From contig SDNP01000010.1 of the NCBI GenBank assembly GCA_004524445.1, positions 1-64,000 on the forward strand: a stretch of DNA of 64,000 nt. The letters run 5' to 3'. Each line of letters starts with the position of its first letter. Position 1 is the first letter of the stretch. Shown piece by piece: positions 50,264 to 61,097 of the stretch. Source of the stretch: Candidatus Thorarchaeota archaeon. Its GTDB lineage: Archaea; Asgardarchaeota; Thorarchaeia; Thorarchaeales; Thorarchaeaceae. Position numbers and translations under genes: made by a program. The notes under the pieces are model-generated. The model had not been told where the DNA came from, searched no databases, and was given only the letters and a program-made list of their open reading frames with translations.

Positions 50264-51772
50264 ATGTCAGCATATGAAAAACTACTAGTTAAAACAAAAG
50301 AGATTCTGCTTACTTACAGCTCATTAAGCATCTTGAACTGGGATAGGGAAACATACATGCCTGCTGGAGGAATCGGACTAAGAAGCGAACAACTTGGTTT
50401 GATGAGCCAACTGGCGCATAGAATGAATGTCAATCCAGAAATCGGGGACCTTTTGGCAGAGGCAAGCAAGGGAAAGGATTCTCTCAACGATGTGGCCCAG
50501 CGCGACCTGTATTTAATGAAGAAGCAGTATGATGAACAGACAAAACTGCCCGAGAAACTGGTCGCAGATATCGCTAAGCAAAGAGCAGTATCAACAGAAA
50601 CATGGAAAAAAGCGAAGAAAAAACAGGATTGGGACATGTTTCAGCCCGAGTTGACGAAGATTGTTGATTTAGCCAAGGAAAGAGCTGAGTATCTTCAGGA
50701 GGTTAAGGAAGCATCCAACATTTATGACGCCATGATTGACGATTTTGAACCAAAAATGACTGCAGGTGAGATAACTCGGGTCTTTGATGAACTGAAGAAG
50801 GGGCTCATCCCTCTTACAAAAAAATATGCGGATGAAACAGCTGACTTTGACAACTCATTCATGAATGTGAAAGTTCCCCTGCCTTTTCAGCGGAAACTGG
50901 CAACTGAACTGGCAGCTCTGGTTGGTTATGATACGACATCTGAGGAGGCTTCAGGGAGAATCGATGAAGTAGAACATCCTTTCACCACAGGCTATTATGA
51001 TGACGTTCGGATTACGGTTCACTACCATGAAGATAATGTGGCGTCAGCAATCTTTGCGATTCTACATGAGGCAGGTCACGCACTATATAAACTAAATCTG
51101 AATCCAGAGTGGAAGTTCCAAGCAATCGGCTCTGCATGCAGCGCAGGTATCCATGAATCGGAGTCAAGATTCGTGGAGAACATGATTGGGCGGTCGCCTG
51201 AGTTCTGGGAGTTCTACTATTCCAAACTGAACAACTTAACCAACAATGCATTCAAGGGAATTTCCAGAGAGCGCTTCACTCAAGCTGTAAACCTAGTTCG
51301 CCCCTCAAAAATCAGAATTGAGGCCGACGAGGTTACCTACTCCCTACATATCATCATAAGATTTGAAATAGAGAGAGACCTTTTCAGCGGTAAGATCGAG
51401 GTCTCTGAATTGCCTCAGATTTGGAACGAAAAATATGAGAAGTATCTTGGAATTGAGATTGAGAACGATTCTGAGGGAGTAATGCAAGACACACACTGGG
51501 CTAGTGGACTCTACGGGTACTTTCCCAGCTATGCTCTGGGGAATGTGTTTGATGGTATGTGGTACAATAGGATGAACGAAGACATTCCTGATTGGTATGA
51601 AGAGGTTAGAAGAGGCAACATTAGAAAGGCAATACACTGGCACATGGAAAATATTCATCAGAAGTCGAATAGGTACGATCCGGCAGACTTGATTGAACGT
51701 GTTGCGGGAGAGAAGATGACTGCAAAGCCTTTCTTAGCATACCTTGAGAACAAGTTCAAGAAAATATTCTAA
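50264..51772 (+). CDS. M32 carboxypeptidase (Taq type)
   Basis: HPF, DVRIT, HEAGH, HESES, IRIEADE, QDTHW, GYFPSY. Confidence 0.95.
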   Translation: MSAYEKLLVKTKEILLTYSSLSILNWDRETYMPAGGIGLRSEQLGLMSQLAHRMNVNPEIGDLLAEASKGKDSLNDVAQRDLYLMKKQYDEQTKLPEKLVADIAKQRAVSTETWKKAKKKQDWDMFQPELTKIVDLAKERAEYLQEVKEASNIYDAMIDDFEPKMTAGEITRVFDELKKGLIPLTKKYADETADFDNSFMNVKVPLPFQRKLATELAALVGYDTTSEEASGRIDEVEHPFTTGYYDDVRITVHYHEDNVASAIFAILHEAGHALYKLNLNPEWKFQAIGSACSAGIHESESRFVENMIGRSPEFWEFYYSKLNNLTNNAFKGISRERFTQAVNLVRPSKIRIEADEVTYSLHIIIRFEIERDLFSGKIEVSELPQIWNEKYEKYLGIEIENDSEGVMQDTHWASGLYGYFPSYALGNVFDGMWYNRMNEDIPDWYEEVRRGNIRKAIHWHMENIHQKSNRYDPADLIERVAGEKMTAKPFLAYLENKFKKIF

Positions 51773-51839
51773 AAACATGGCAAACCGGAGTCTTGGCAAT
51801 TGATGTCAAGGCTCTAATTCCCAGAAAACTTCCCCGGTG

Positions 51840-52412
51840 CTAGGAATCTATCATACCAGCTTCTTTGTCTACTTGAATGTCAACAGCCAGTTCTCTGAAT
51901 ACTTGGTCAATATTCTCTCCTGTTACAATATTTGCCAATCTGACGGGCAAATCAAGTTGCTCGCCCAATTCAACTATCTTTTTCACTTCCTCTTCAGTCA
52001 TTTCCAATGAGGAATCACCAACCAAGACTATGGGAATCATTCTACCTGAATGGGCATGAATAGCATCAATAAATTCAGGAATATGAGTAAATGAATCAAG
52101 ATTTCGAGGATTGACAGCGAGAAGTGCTGCATCAAATCGTCTATAGTAATCCCGCGGCTCCATGACATTGTATAACTCCCACACCCATGGACCATGGAGC
52201 TCAAGATCCAGTTCCATTGTGGTTATCTCTCCATCAATGGAAACAGACATGAATTTCGTCCATTCTGCCTCTGGCCAATCACTAGCTAGAGCTTTTTCAG
52301 CTAGTTTTCGAGGATACCTTAGAGAGTCATTAGTCAGTTTGGCACAGAGGCCATAACCCAATATTGAATCACCCGCCACAAGCACTTTGTATCGGTCATG
52401 TTCTGAACTCAC
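51840..52412 (-). CDS. Degenerate Ras/Rab-fold protein (pseudo-GTPase)
   Basis: YKVLVAGD, YYR..DAALL, PIVLVG, TGENIDQVF are retained; GKS/T, DxxGQ and NKxD are absent. Confidence 0.65.
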   Translation of the reverse strand: MSSEHDRYKVLVAGDSILGYGLCAKLTNDSLRYPRKLAEKALASDWPEAEWTKFMSVSIDGEITTMELDLELHGPWVWELYNVMEPRDYYRRFDAALLAVNPRNLDSFTHIPEFIDAIHAHSGRMIPIVLVGDSSLEMTEEEVKKIVELGEQLDLPVRLANIVTGENIDQVFRELAVDIQVDKEAGMIDS

Positions 52413-52870
52413 GTGTTTCTCCTCATTCTATGTATTAATTACGTCCACTAGTGACGGAAGCGAAACCTTGGTGAACCTGATAGATTGGACTCTGATAAGT
52501 ATATTCTTGGAAAATATATTTCAAAAAGAAGAACGACGACCCATCACCAGGGGCCGACAAGTGTACCCAGCTTTATTATCCGTTGATTGAAAAACCCTCA
52601 AATGCCATTGTGGGGCTCTCAACATTAGGTCAGGATTATGACCCCGAAAGCCGGGCATTCGACATATAGAATGTTTCATCGACTCACTTCAATGCGTTCT
52701 TCATGGAGAAATCAGCATGTATTTTGTTAGCAAAACGGGGAAACTGGTTTCTTTTCTACACTTTAGTTTCAGTACTTCAGGCTGTACAAAATCCTCTCTA
52801 TATCCTCAGGTGAAACAAAGGGCGAACATGTTTTGGCTCGCCCATTATCTAGGAAAGTTACTGGTCATTT

Positions 52871-53641
52871 TTACCAATACCCAGGTAGGTCAAAGTGCTC
52901 ATAGAACCTCAATTCTTCTTCTCTGGTGAACTCTCCACCACGGTCAAATTTGGGTGCCTCTTCAAACTGCGCTCTCTTGACTCCTACGCGAATTTTTTGT
53001 TCTAGATAATCGATTGATTCAATCCAAATTGTTGGTACAACATATTCAGTTCCTTCTTTCCAATTACCAACATCAGCAATCAGATACATCACATTCCAGT
53101 CAGCAGTATCCACGAGAAAGTCAGCAACGCGACCAAGCATCTCATCTTCTAGCTGAATAGAATAGCCGTGAACCTCAGAGGTGTTTCTGAGATGTCTTTC
53201 AGGTACTGGAGCCCTATGCTCTTCGCCTCGAGATTCATCAGTAATTACATACTGGGTTGTAATAGAGTCAGGCATAGCTGTCCCTGGAACAGTAGAAGGC
53301 TCATCAGGGAGAATTCCGGGCCTAAATGTAGACCATTCGTAATATCGATGCAAGTCCGCTAACTCTCTTTCGGAGATTGGTTTGCTCAGGTCCACGCTAG
53401 GTGCGTCTTCAATGCGGGACTTCCGCAAATCTGTGCGTATTACCTTTTCACCGATATTTGGGGTTCCTACAATTTCGGTTGATAGAAGAACATTGCGTCC
53501 AGTTAACCATTCCTCCGTATCTACTATCAAATAATCTACATGCCATTCTCGGTCATCAAATAGGAATGCCACTACATCTGCAGATTCGCCATCCCCCGTA
53601 ATCAAAGTGCATTTTGCTATATCAGTTGCAAGCTCAAACAT
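52871..53641 (-). CDS. Tandem PRC-barrel protein
   Basis: FLFDDREW.V.YL.VDT..WL.GR.VL; HLRNTSEV.GY; DFLVD..DW...YL. Confidence 0.85.
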   Translation of the reverse strand: MFELATDIAKCTLITGDGESADVVAFLFDDREWHVDYLIVDTEEWLTGRNVLLSTEIVGTPNIGEKVIRTDLRKSRIEDAPSVDLSKPISERELADLHRYYEWSTFRPGILPDEPSTVPGTAMPDSITTQYVITDESRGEEHRAPVPERHLRNTSEVHGYSIQLEDEMLGRVADFLVDTADWNVMYLIADVGNWKEGTEYVVPTIWIESIDYLEQKIRVGVKRAQFEEAPKFDRGGEFTREEELRFYEHFDLPGYW

Positions 53642-53734
53642 CCATTCTTAGCTCCGTTGTACTATCTATAGTTAACTCGGCGATACTAATAACTCACATG
53701 GATTGGGAAAAATGAAGCCAGACCCAAGAGGAGT

Positions 53735-54292
53735 CTATTTCCGCTGAGTGGCAAGTCTTCTAGGAGGATAATCTGCATAGAGCTCCTTAGCTATCCTCAT
53801 GAATACTTGCTCAATATTCTCTCCAGTCTTCGCGCTGCATTCAAAGAACGGCCATTTTAGTTCTTCAGCATATTTTCGTCCCTTTGATGAAGGTATCTCA
53901 CGCCTATTGGATAGGTCCTTCTTATTTGCAAGAACAAGTCCAGGGATTTCTGTCTTCTTCTGTGGTTCTATGCTACTCATGAGACCATCATGCCAGGATT
54001 CCAAGCATTCAAATGAATATCGATCTGCCAGATCATATACAAGAAGGGCATAGTGGGCGCCTTTGTAGTACTGAGTTCTAAGAGCCGAGAAGTCCTCCTG
54101 TCCTCCGAGATCAATAAGGGTTAGAATCACGGGTGTGATAGGATCTATGTTCAAAGGGACTGCACTAAGGTCGACACCTACTGTGGCGTGATATTGCTCA
54201 TCGAACTCTCCCAAAAGGAGTCTCCTGATAATCGATGACTTGCCAACATTAGGTTCTCCAATCAGAAGGATTTTGTAAGTAGCAACCGTCAA
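53735..54292 (-). CDS. Rab-like small GTPase
   Basis: GEPNVGKS, ATVG, DLGGQE, NKKD, SAK. Confidence 0.92.
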   Translation of the reverse strand: MTVATYKILLIGEPNVGKSSIIRRLLLGEFDEQYHATVGVDLSAVPLNIDPITPVILTLIDLGGQEDFSALRTQYYKGAHYALLVYDLADRYSFECLESWHDGLMSSIEPQKKTEIPGLVLANKKDLSNRREIPSSKGRKYAEELKWPFFECSAKTGENIEQVFMRIAKELYADYPPRRLATQRK

Positions 54293-54332
54293 CCTATTGG
54301 CCCCTTTGAATATTATAGCACCTCTGTCTTAT

Positions 54333-55883
54333 TTATTCATCGAGATATGATAGTGAAACGTATGAAGGCATTGAATCTGATGTGTAAACAGACTGCACAA
54401 TAGGTTCATCGAGTTCTGGAAGCGCAAACTTGGGAAAGTTTGACCATGAAATATGTAGCCCCAGCCTTTCATCTTTCTTTATCTCCATTCCAGTTGCTAG
54501 AAGGTCAATAGTAATCGGAGCTGGATTCTTCTTAGATGGCCCAACAACAGCAATACCGTCTTGGATTATGCGTTCCTTCTCTTCCGTAATCAATGTCAAT
54601 TTGGCGGTGAAATGCATGCCATCAAACGGAGTAGTTACCCAAAGATCCGCATGGATTGGCCCTAGAAGGGCTCTTGATTTCTGCAACGGAGGAGAAACGA
54701 AACGAATGATATCCGACCTAGCACTCAACGAGGATTGGTCAGCGGGTCCTGGTTCGAGATGAGGGGGAAACTCCCACACGGAACCACCTATCGTAGGAAC
54801 AGGATCACTTGGCTGAACCGGAATACCAAATTCCATTTCCTCTTCAGGTGGTTTCTCTAGCAACTCATAATCGCAGCCCAGGTATAGCCTTTCTTCAACA
54901 GTATCAGTCGGTGGCCATTCATCTAATTCGATCCATTCATCCGACCGGAGGATATAGACCCGAATGAGTTGCTCTGATTTGGACTTTGTTCTCTCTATCA
55001 AATCTAAGAAGTCTTTCATTGCCTGACCTCTACCTCTTTCGCCCAAGTCGAAGTCACCCACGCCTGAGAGGCTCTGGAGATAGCCATTGTGCCCCCAACC
55101 GCCAATTATAAGATCAGGCTTAATGCCGCCAGCAGCCATTAGATCCTCATAACTGGTTAGAGTACCACCCAGTAGAAAGTCATACCATCCGCCTACAAGG
55201 CAAGCTCTTGACTGAAGTGGTTTTTTGAATTCAATCCGAGACTCTTTCCAGCTCCTATCGTTTAGTGGAGTAAGAAACATATCCCAAACATGCTGAGGCC
55301 ACCCGAGCTGCTTTACTTTATTTTCTAGAGGTCCGCGATATGCCTCAGGCCATTCTCCATCAATCAGCTTGAGAGATGCTTGTACGCGGGTGGAGGTCAT
55401 AATAGCCCATGGTAATGCCCAATGTAGCTGTAAGACGCCATCGCGATACACCATGCCATCATCAGGCCGAGTGAATGTCATCGGTGCGAAGACAGCATCA
55501 ATGCAATCACATTCATCGTCCAGTACCTGAAGACCAGCATATCCAAGGTATGACGGACCAAAGACGATAATCCTTCCATTAGACCATGATTGTTTTTTAA
55601 TCCACTCAAAGGTATCAAATGAATCCTTCCGTTCCCTCAGAGGAATGAATCGCTTACCCTGAGAATCATATCTTCCGCGAGTATCCTGGATGACGAAAGC
55701 CAATTGGTTCTGGTCCAATAGGGCGTTGGCTAGACTGACGAAGTTCTTAGCACTATACGGAGTTCTCATGAGCACTGTAGTAAACGTACCAGTTGCCTCT
55801 GGAAGAATTACGATTGATGAGAGCTTAACACTGTCTCTCATGGGTACGGGGGAATGGAAGTCATAGTGTGGCATAGCTATCAC
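54333..55883 (-). CDS. CocE/NonD family serine hydrolase
   Basis: RTPY, QDTRGRYDS.G, WSNGR, GPSYLG, GGWYD, GWGH. Confidence 0.9.
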   Translation of the reverse strand: MIAMPHYDFHSPVPMRDSVKLSSIVILPEATGTFTTVLMRTPYSAKNFVSLANALLDQNQLAFVIQDTRGRYDSQGKRFIPLRERKDSFDTFEWIKKQSWSNGRIIVFGPSYLGYAGLQVLDDECDCIDAVFAPMTFTRPDDGMVYRDGVLQLHWALPWAIMTSTRVQASLKLIDGEWPEAYRGPLENKVKQLGWPQHVWDMFLTPLNDRSWKESRIEFKKPLQSRACLVGGWYDFLLGGTLTSYEDLMAAGGIKPDLIIGGWGHNGYLQSLSGVGDFDLGERGRGQAMKDFLDLIERTKSKSEQLIRVYILRSDEWIELDEWPPTDTVEERLYLGCDYELLEKPPEEEMEFGIPVQPSDPVPTIGGSVWEFPPHLEPGPADQSSLSARSDIIRFVSPPLQKSRALLGPIHADLWVTTPFDGMHFTAKLTLITEEKERIIQDGIAVVGPSKKNPAPITIDLLATGMEIKKDERLGLHISWSNFPKFALPELDEPIVQSVYTSDSMPSYVSLSYLDE

Positions 55884-55986
55884 TCTGCACGGGATAGGTT
55901 GGTCGTCATCCTAAAATATCCGATGGAACAAGCTACAAAAGCAGACATGAGAAGGCAATTGTTGTATATATGGAGGATTAAGCAAC

Positions 55987-56868
55987 TTGCTGCAGTACGA
56001 AGGATCCATCTGGCGGCCCCCAAGTGAAGCTAGAAGTCTAATCCTGCAGGCAACAGTAGGTTGTTCACATAATGCCTGCATTTATTGTGTTTCATACAAA
56101 CAGAAGAAGTTCCGTGTAAGAGGGGCAGAGGGGATAAGGCATGATCTCCAGCAGCTTTCATCCGGTCAGAAATCGCGAGTGAAACGTGTATTCTTAGCAG
56201 ATGGCAATGCTCTCGCAATGACTACAGATGAGATGGCTGACACACTAGATGTACTAAGTGACGAGCTTCCCCGTCTTCAGCGTGTCGGGACCTATGCTTA
56301 TGCCAGAGATGTTGATAGTAAGAGCATTAGTGAGCTGAAACAACTCCATAAGAAAGGTCTTGGAATCGTCTATCTAGGATTAGAGACCGGTGATGATGAT
56401 CTATTAAGCTGGGTCAGAAAAGGAGTCTCCTCGAGAGAGAATGCTGAGGCATGTAAAAAGATTCGAAAGGCATGCATACCTCTTTCACTCACAATCATAT
56501 TGGGATTAGGTGGAAAAGAGCATTCAGAAAGACACGCGAAAGCAACGGCTGCAGCACTGAATGAGATTGACCCCGAATATGTTGGGGCGTTGACATTGAT
56601 GACACCCCCAGGTACAGCAATCCATGAGATGGTTAAGCGAGGAGAATTTAGGACCATGTCATCACTTGAAATACTTAGAGAACTAAGGACTATCGTGGCG
56701 GACCTGGAATTGACCAGCTGTATCTTCCGGACAAATCACGCATCAAATTACCTACCGGTTAGAGGAACGCTAAATCGCGATAAAGAACGCGTGCTGGACA
56801 CGATAGATAAGGTGCTTGAAAAGGGGGATTTGAGCAGCCTCCGGTCCTCATATCTGAGAGGCCTCTAG
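55987..56868 (+). CDS. Radical SAM protein
   Basis: RPPSEA, CSHNACIYC, FLADG, GLETG, NHASNYL. Confidence 0.88.
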   Translation: MLQYEGSIWRPPSEARSLILQATVGCSHNACIYCVSYKQKKFRVRGAEGIRHDLQQLSSGQKSRVKRVFLADGNALAMTTDEMADTLDVLSDELPRLQRVGTYAYARDVDSKSISELKQLHKKGLGIVYLGLETGDDDLLSWVRKGVSSRENAEACKKIRKACIPLSLTIILGLGGKEHSERHAKATAAALNEIDPEYVGALTLMTPPGTAIHEMVKRGEFRTMSSLEILRELRTIVADLELTSCIFRTNHASNYLPVRGTLNRDKERVLDTIDKVLEKGDLSSLRSSYLRGL

Positions 56869-56890
56869 GAATTCAATGCACGTCGTTGCA

Positions 56891-57730
56891 TTAGGGAATG
56901 AAGACACCACTCATAGGTGTGACTTCCAGCCCCTTCTCCTCTAATGCTTTCACGAAGGGGGCAATTCCAACGGAATCAGAAGAGATATGACCTGTAGCAA
57001 CAAGATTTCCACTTAGCTCCTCTTGCGATAGTTCCTTCTTATCAGATGTTCCAAGGTGCATATAGATGACTGTTGAATACCCGTGAGTGAAATACGCCTT
57101 CGCAACTCCTGCACCACCATTTGTGCCTCCGGCCATGGCAACAACCCATTTTCCGAGTAGATTATCTTTGGACCCAACATACACCTTAGGCTCCGTCATG
57201 CCCTCTTGCAATTCGGGAAGTGTTTCCATTGCATCAATGGCGTCTTGCACTTTCGGTTTTTCCAGTTCATCAGTTTCATTCCTAATTACATCGATGAATC
57301 TATTCCTGCAAACAATATCCAACGGCAAATGAATATTCATAAAAGGTATCTCTAGAAGACGGGCTGCTGATGGTGTGCGATCATAGTTACCCACATGGGT
57401 GCCCACTCTGACAAGGTCCAGCCTAGGCTCAAGAGCTTTCTCTGCAATGTGAGGCGGAATATCAGCTTCAACCATCTGGTCAATCTGTCGCTTAACAACT
57501 TCTTCAAAATGAATTCTTGATTCTCCACCGGGCGGATGATGAGCAATCACTAAATCATACCCCAACTCCTTTGCCAAGAGAAGCTCAGCAGTACCCATGT
57601 CTATTCCTATGAGGACACGTTCGATATCCTTGCCGGGAACATGAATTGCCGTGTCCCCGGGGACCTCATTCAAACCTGCTAAATCAAGTGCAATTTGCAT
57701 TATTTCATCAGTATTCATATCGAATTCCAC
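56891..57730 (-). CDS. NIF3-like dinuclear metal-centre protein
   Basis: GID, IAHHP, NIHLPLD, GHISSDS.G. Confidence 0.8.
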   Translation of the reverse strand: MEFDMNTDEIMQIALDLAGLNEVPGDTAIHVPGKDIERVLIGIDMGTAELLLAKELGYDLVIAHHPPGGESRIHFEEVVKRQIDQMVEADIPPHIAEKALEPRLDLVRVGTHVGNYDRTPSAARLLEIPFMNIHLPLDIVCRNRFIDVIRNETDELEKPKVQDAIDAMETLPELQEGMTEPKVYVGSKDNLLGKWVVAMAGGTNGGAGVAKAYFTHGYSTVIYMHLGTSDKKELSQEELSGNLVATGHISSDSVGIAPFVKALEEKGLEVTPMSGVFIP

Positions 57731-57926
57731 GAGTGCTGCAGAATCATTCTCCCATATAACACCTCAGGCGGATAACTTGGTATTTCTGTGTCCCCCAATG
57801 ATTAGAATTCTTCGCTGCGTTGCAATCAGAATTCAGAAAAGCAACCTATTCTTTAACAAGAATACACCTGTAATTACTTAAATAGCAAAACACTCAATTC
57901 GAATCGACCATAAGGGTGGCTTTCCA

Positions 57927-58334
57927 ATGACTGACAAGATATACGTAATAAGCTGCAATCAAGAATTGGCTTCAATGGGCCTCGATAGAATGCGAACAAG
58001 CGTGCAGGGTCTCGATCCTGCTACGCTCGACATCGACTGGAGCAACGCTCGATTGGTACCTATCGTCGCGGCAGAGAGAGTTGCCTTTGAAGAGGATGAA
58101 ACAAAAATGGTTTCCATTCAACCGATTGATGTTCCAGCCAATTCAATAGTTCTTAATTCGTTCTATGGGTCAAATGGAATGGGTCATCTTACTTGCATTG
58201 GTTCCACAGAAATGAAGCCTGATTACGAAAAACGAACCGCAACCATAGGAATGTTTAGGTCGCGAGTGAAAGCACCCGTCATGCAAAACGATCTCCTAGG
58301 TATGGCATTGATTGTAGAAGCTAAGAGAAAATAG
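57927..58334 (+). CDS. DUF22-like archaeal protein
   Basis: PIVAAE...E..MV.I.PI.VP.N, GH, DLLG. Confidence 0.6.
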   Translation: MTDKIYVISCNQELASMGLDRMRTSVQGLDPATLDIDWSNARLVPIVAAERVAFEEDETKMVSIQPIDVPANSIVLNSFYGSNGMGHLTCIGSTEMKPDYEKRTATIGMFRSRVKAPVMQNDLLGMALIVEAKRK

Positions 58335-58346
58335 GCTCCAACCAAA

Positions 58347-58655
58347 TCAAATTGATACTACTCGGTCGAATTTCTCCATTATCAAGTCAACTATTTCATC
58401 GTAACCCACCAGGGATACGTCACCCACGAGTCGGCTCTTGATTCCCCGTTCTTCTACATGATGTTGAGAAACAAACATTGGAACATCCAAATCAACAACC
58501 TTCGAGGAATGCTCACAACCTCTGTCAGCTAAGAATACACCATCTTGGACCAGCAAAAGAGAAATTTCATGTCCCTCTGACTTGAGTGCTTTTGCTATCT
58601 CTTCGACGCTTTTGCATTCACTTGATAACCAAAGCAGGAACTTCACATTTATCAC
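58347..58655 (-). CDS. DsrH/TusB sulfur-relay subunit
   Basis: LLVQDGV, ERGI, GYDEIVDLI. Confidence 0.85.
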   Translation of the reverse strand: MINVKFLLWLSSECKSVEEIAKALKSEGHEISLLLVQDGVFLADRGCEHSSKVVDLDVPMFVSQHHVEERGIKSRLVGDVSLVGYDEIVDLIMEKFDRVVSI

Positions 58656-58657
58656 CC

Positions 58658-59008
58658 TCAGAATGTTACCACGATTTCATTCTCTGTGAACATCTTCCCA
58701 ATCTCAGTGCTGTCCACTATTTCCAAATCTTCCTGAATCTCGTCCGGCGATATCTTTCTCTCATCCAGAGAATCCTTGCTAACACATATTCGTCCTTCAA
58801 AGCTCTTGTAGACGGATTTGAACATTCTAATAGGCATATCATCCATATCTTTCAATGCCGCATATACGCCATCACTCAGAAGTAGCATTGTTGGTTCATG
58901 ATCCATTCCGAACATGCCTACGCTTGCTCGCCACCCTTCAAAATTCGTTACTGTTCCAAATGGTCTACTTCTGATCAAGAGCAATACTCTTCGTTCTGTG
59001 AACTCCAT
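58658..59008 (-). CDS. DsrF/TusC-like subunit
   Basis: PFGT...EG.R, DGVY, SLDER. Confidence 0.8.
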   Translation of the reverse strand: MEFTERRVLLLIRSRPFGTVTNFEGWRASVGMFGMDHEPTMLLLSDGVYAALKDMDDMPIRMFKSVYKSFEGRICVSKDSLDERKISPDEIQEDLEIVDSTEIGKMFTENEIVVTF

Positions 59009-59020
59009 TGTACTAGCCTC

Positions 59021-59395
59021 CTACATTGTAAATGTCACAAATCTTTCACATTCGCCAACTATCTCAGCCAGTTCAGTTAATCCAGTGACTTCAATTTCGG
59101 GGATAAAGTCAGATCCCTCTTGGTCAAAACCTCTCGCAGAAGTGCAAAGCCCACATGCTTGAAATTCTGCGCCTAATTCTGCAAGCTCTTTAAATTTCTG
59201 CTCCATTGGTCTATCAGGGTCAGGTTCCTGTCCAAGTATCGCATTATTTACGCCATCAATGAACAGGAATACCTTCACACAATATCCCTTCTCCAAGGTA
59301 GCCTTCGCAAGATCAAAAAACGTGTGGCTATTCTCATAGGTATATGGACCAGTAAGCAAGAGGATGCCTAAGCATTTCTTTTCCAAGGGTATCAA
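59021..59395 (-). CDS. DsrE/TusD sulfurtransferase subunit
   Basis: GPY, FLFIDGV, ACGLCTSARG, GL.ELA. Confidence 0.85.
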   Translation of the reverse strand: MIPLEKKCLGILLLTGPYTYENSHTFFDLAKATLEKGYCVKVFLFIDGVNNAILGQEPDPDRPMEQKFKELAELGAEFQACGLCTSARGFDQEGSDFIPEIEVTGLTELAEIVGECERFVTFTM

Positions 59396-59572
59396 GCTCC
59401 AGATAGTAGATTTCCAAAGCTGGGTTGCTGTTTAAAAATCCAACTGAAAGGACTTTGATGCAAATTGAGAATTACAGAGAAAGTTAAAACATGCCCATCT
59501 TCATTCGCAACAAGATTGAATAGCATATGTGGCTGCAAATAGCAAAGAATCATAGATGTCGAGGACCTGTGA

Positions 59573-60640
59573 ATGGCAAGGATAAAGATTAGTTATACTG
59601 ACAAGGATGGAAGGGAAAGAATATACGAGGTCAACGAAGGAGAAGTTTCCATTCCTCTAAGGCGGAAAAAAGTCGCAGATATAGATTTGACCCCTTTGGC
59701 AGGAATGACCGGAATTGTTTCACTGGATTTGGGCGCAAACTATCTAGATAGTGTAGATTTGACACCACTGGGTGAATGTCCTGATTTAGAGTCGATCAAT
59801 CTCTTCAAAAACCCGTTAGGAACCCTTGATATCGAACCGCTAAAAAGCTGCGAAAAGCTTCAGGAGCTGAATCTTGGTTCAACAGAACTCGCATCAATAT
59901 CCCTAGACCCTCTGTCAGGAACAGATCTAAGAAGAATCCGGTTATTCAACAATCAGATCTCCGAGATAGACTTGCGACCGCTTTCAGCTTGCCGCAATTT
60001 GGAGTCATTAGAACTGGAAAACAACCAACTCTCAGGGATAGACTTGGTCCCTCTCTCTAATTGCAAACACCTGAATCAACTCAATCTCATGTACAATGAG
60101 CTGACCACACTTGACCTTAGTCCTATTGCAGATTGTCAAGAAATGAAGTTTCTTTACCTCCACCATAATATGCTCTCCGAGATAGACCTCTCGCCAATGG
60201 AGAAATGGCATGATTTCAGAATCTTGAGGCTCGGTGGTAACGATCTGGAGTTTCTCGACCTGAGCCCATTATCAAATTGTCGCGAACTAAGACGGCTTGG
60301 CTTGGCAATGAACCGGATTTCAGAGCTCGATTTGCAGCCATTAGAAAATTGTCCCGAATTGCGTGCATTAGACGTGGCAGGAAATGACATAAAATCATTA
60401 GATTTGTCCCCCCTTGCAAAATGTGAGTCTCTAGAGGATTTCTATATCTATAGCGACCATCCTGACGAAAACGATATCAATGAACTGGATATCAGCCCAC
60501 TTTTTACATGTGGTAGTCTGGAGGATTTAACTGTGTCCCCCCATACAGAGATTCATGCTAAAGGTAATCTAAAAAATTCGGATGATATTCCGTTTGCGAT
60601 TGAAGACCTTATTGAAGAAAAGAGGATAAAATGGGACTGA
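59573..60640 (+). CDS. Leucine-rich repeat protein (22-aa period)
   Basis: About 12 repeats of IDL.PL..C..L..L.L..N.L; no signal peptide. Confidence 0.92.
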   Translation: MARIKISYTDKDGRERIYEVNEGEVSIPLRRKKVADIDLTPLAGMTGIVSLDLGANYLDSVDLTPLGECPDLESINLFKNPLGTLDIEPLKSCEKLQELNLGSTELASISLDPLSGTDLRRIRLFNNQISEIDLRPLSACRNLESLELENNQLSGIDLVPLSNCKHLNQLNLMYNELTTLDLSPIADCQEMKFLYLHHNMLSEIDLSPMEKWHDFRILRLGGNDLEFLDLSPLSNCRELRRLGLAMNRISELDLQPLENCPELRALDVAGNDIKSLDLSPLAKCESLEDFYIYSDHPDENDINELDISPLFTCGSLEDLTVSPHTEIHAKGNLKNSDDIPFAIEDLIEEKRIKWD

Positions 60641-60749
60641 ATGATATTGTTTCGAAGTTAATCTAATAATCGGTGAAATTTTTATAGAATTAAGTAACTA
60701 TTATACCAGCGCGCCTAACGTCAATAGTTGAATCGTTGGGTTTGATTAT

Positions 60750-60977
60750 ATGGATGCTAGACGAGAAGAAATCGAGCGGATGGCAAAAATCTACATGGAG
60801 TACCTGAATGGTCCAATTGGAAAGGGGGTCCTGGGTCGGCTTGAAGAGGGAGAAGAATTTTCGATAAAGACCCAAAGTGAGATAATGCGAGTAAAGAAGA
60901 AAGATGGAAAAGCTGTTGTTGAAGTTGAGCCAATGCCCTCAGACAATTTCAGCAAGAATAAGTATGAGCTGTTCTAG
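60750..60977 (+). CDS. Small hypothetical protein
   Basis: 75-aa ORF with protein-like composition. Confidence 0.6.
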   Translation: MDARREEIERMAKIYMEYLNGPIGKGVLGRLEEGEEFSIKTQSEIMRVKKKDGKAVVEVEPMPSDNFSKNKYELF

Positions 60978-61097
60978 CGAATCTTTGAATCGAAGCTGAC
61001 CACTTCAAGACTATTTAAGGAAAAAAACACATGGCAATAGGTTCTTATGAAGTAACTCACACCTCCGTCTAAATCATACCTACTAGGTGGTTGTAAA

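Noticed and set aside
52465-52500. TPP riboswitch (GAACCTGAT)
   Set aside because: Lacks the CUGAGA element and flanking helices; wrong orientation for the adjacent gene
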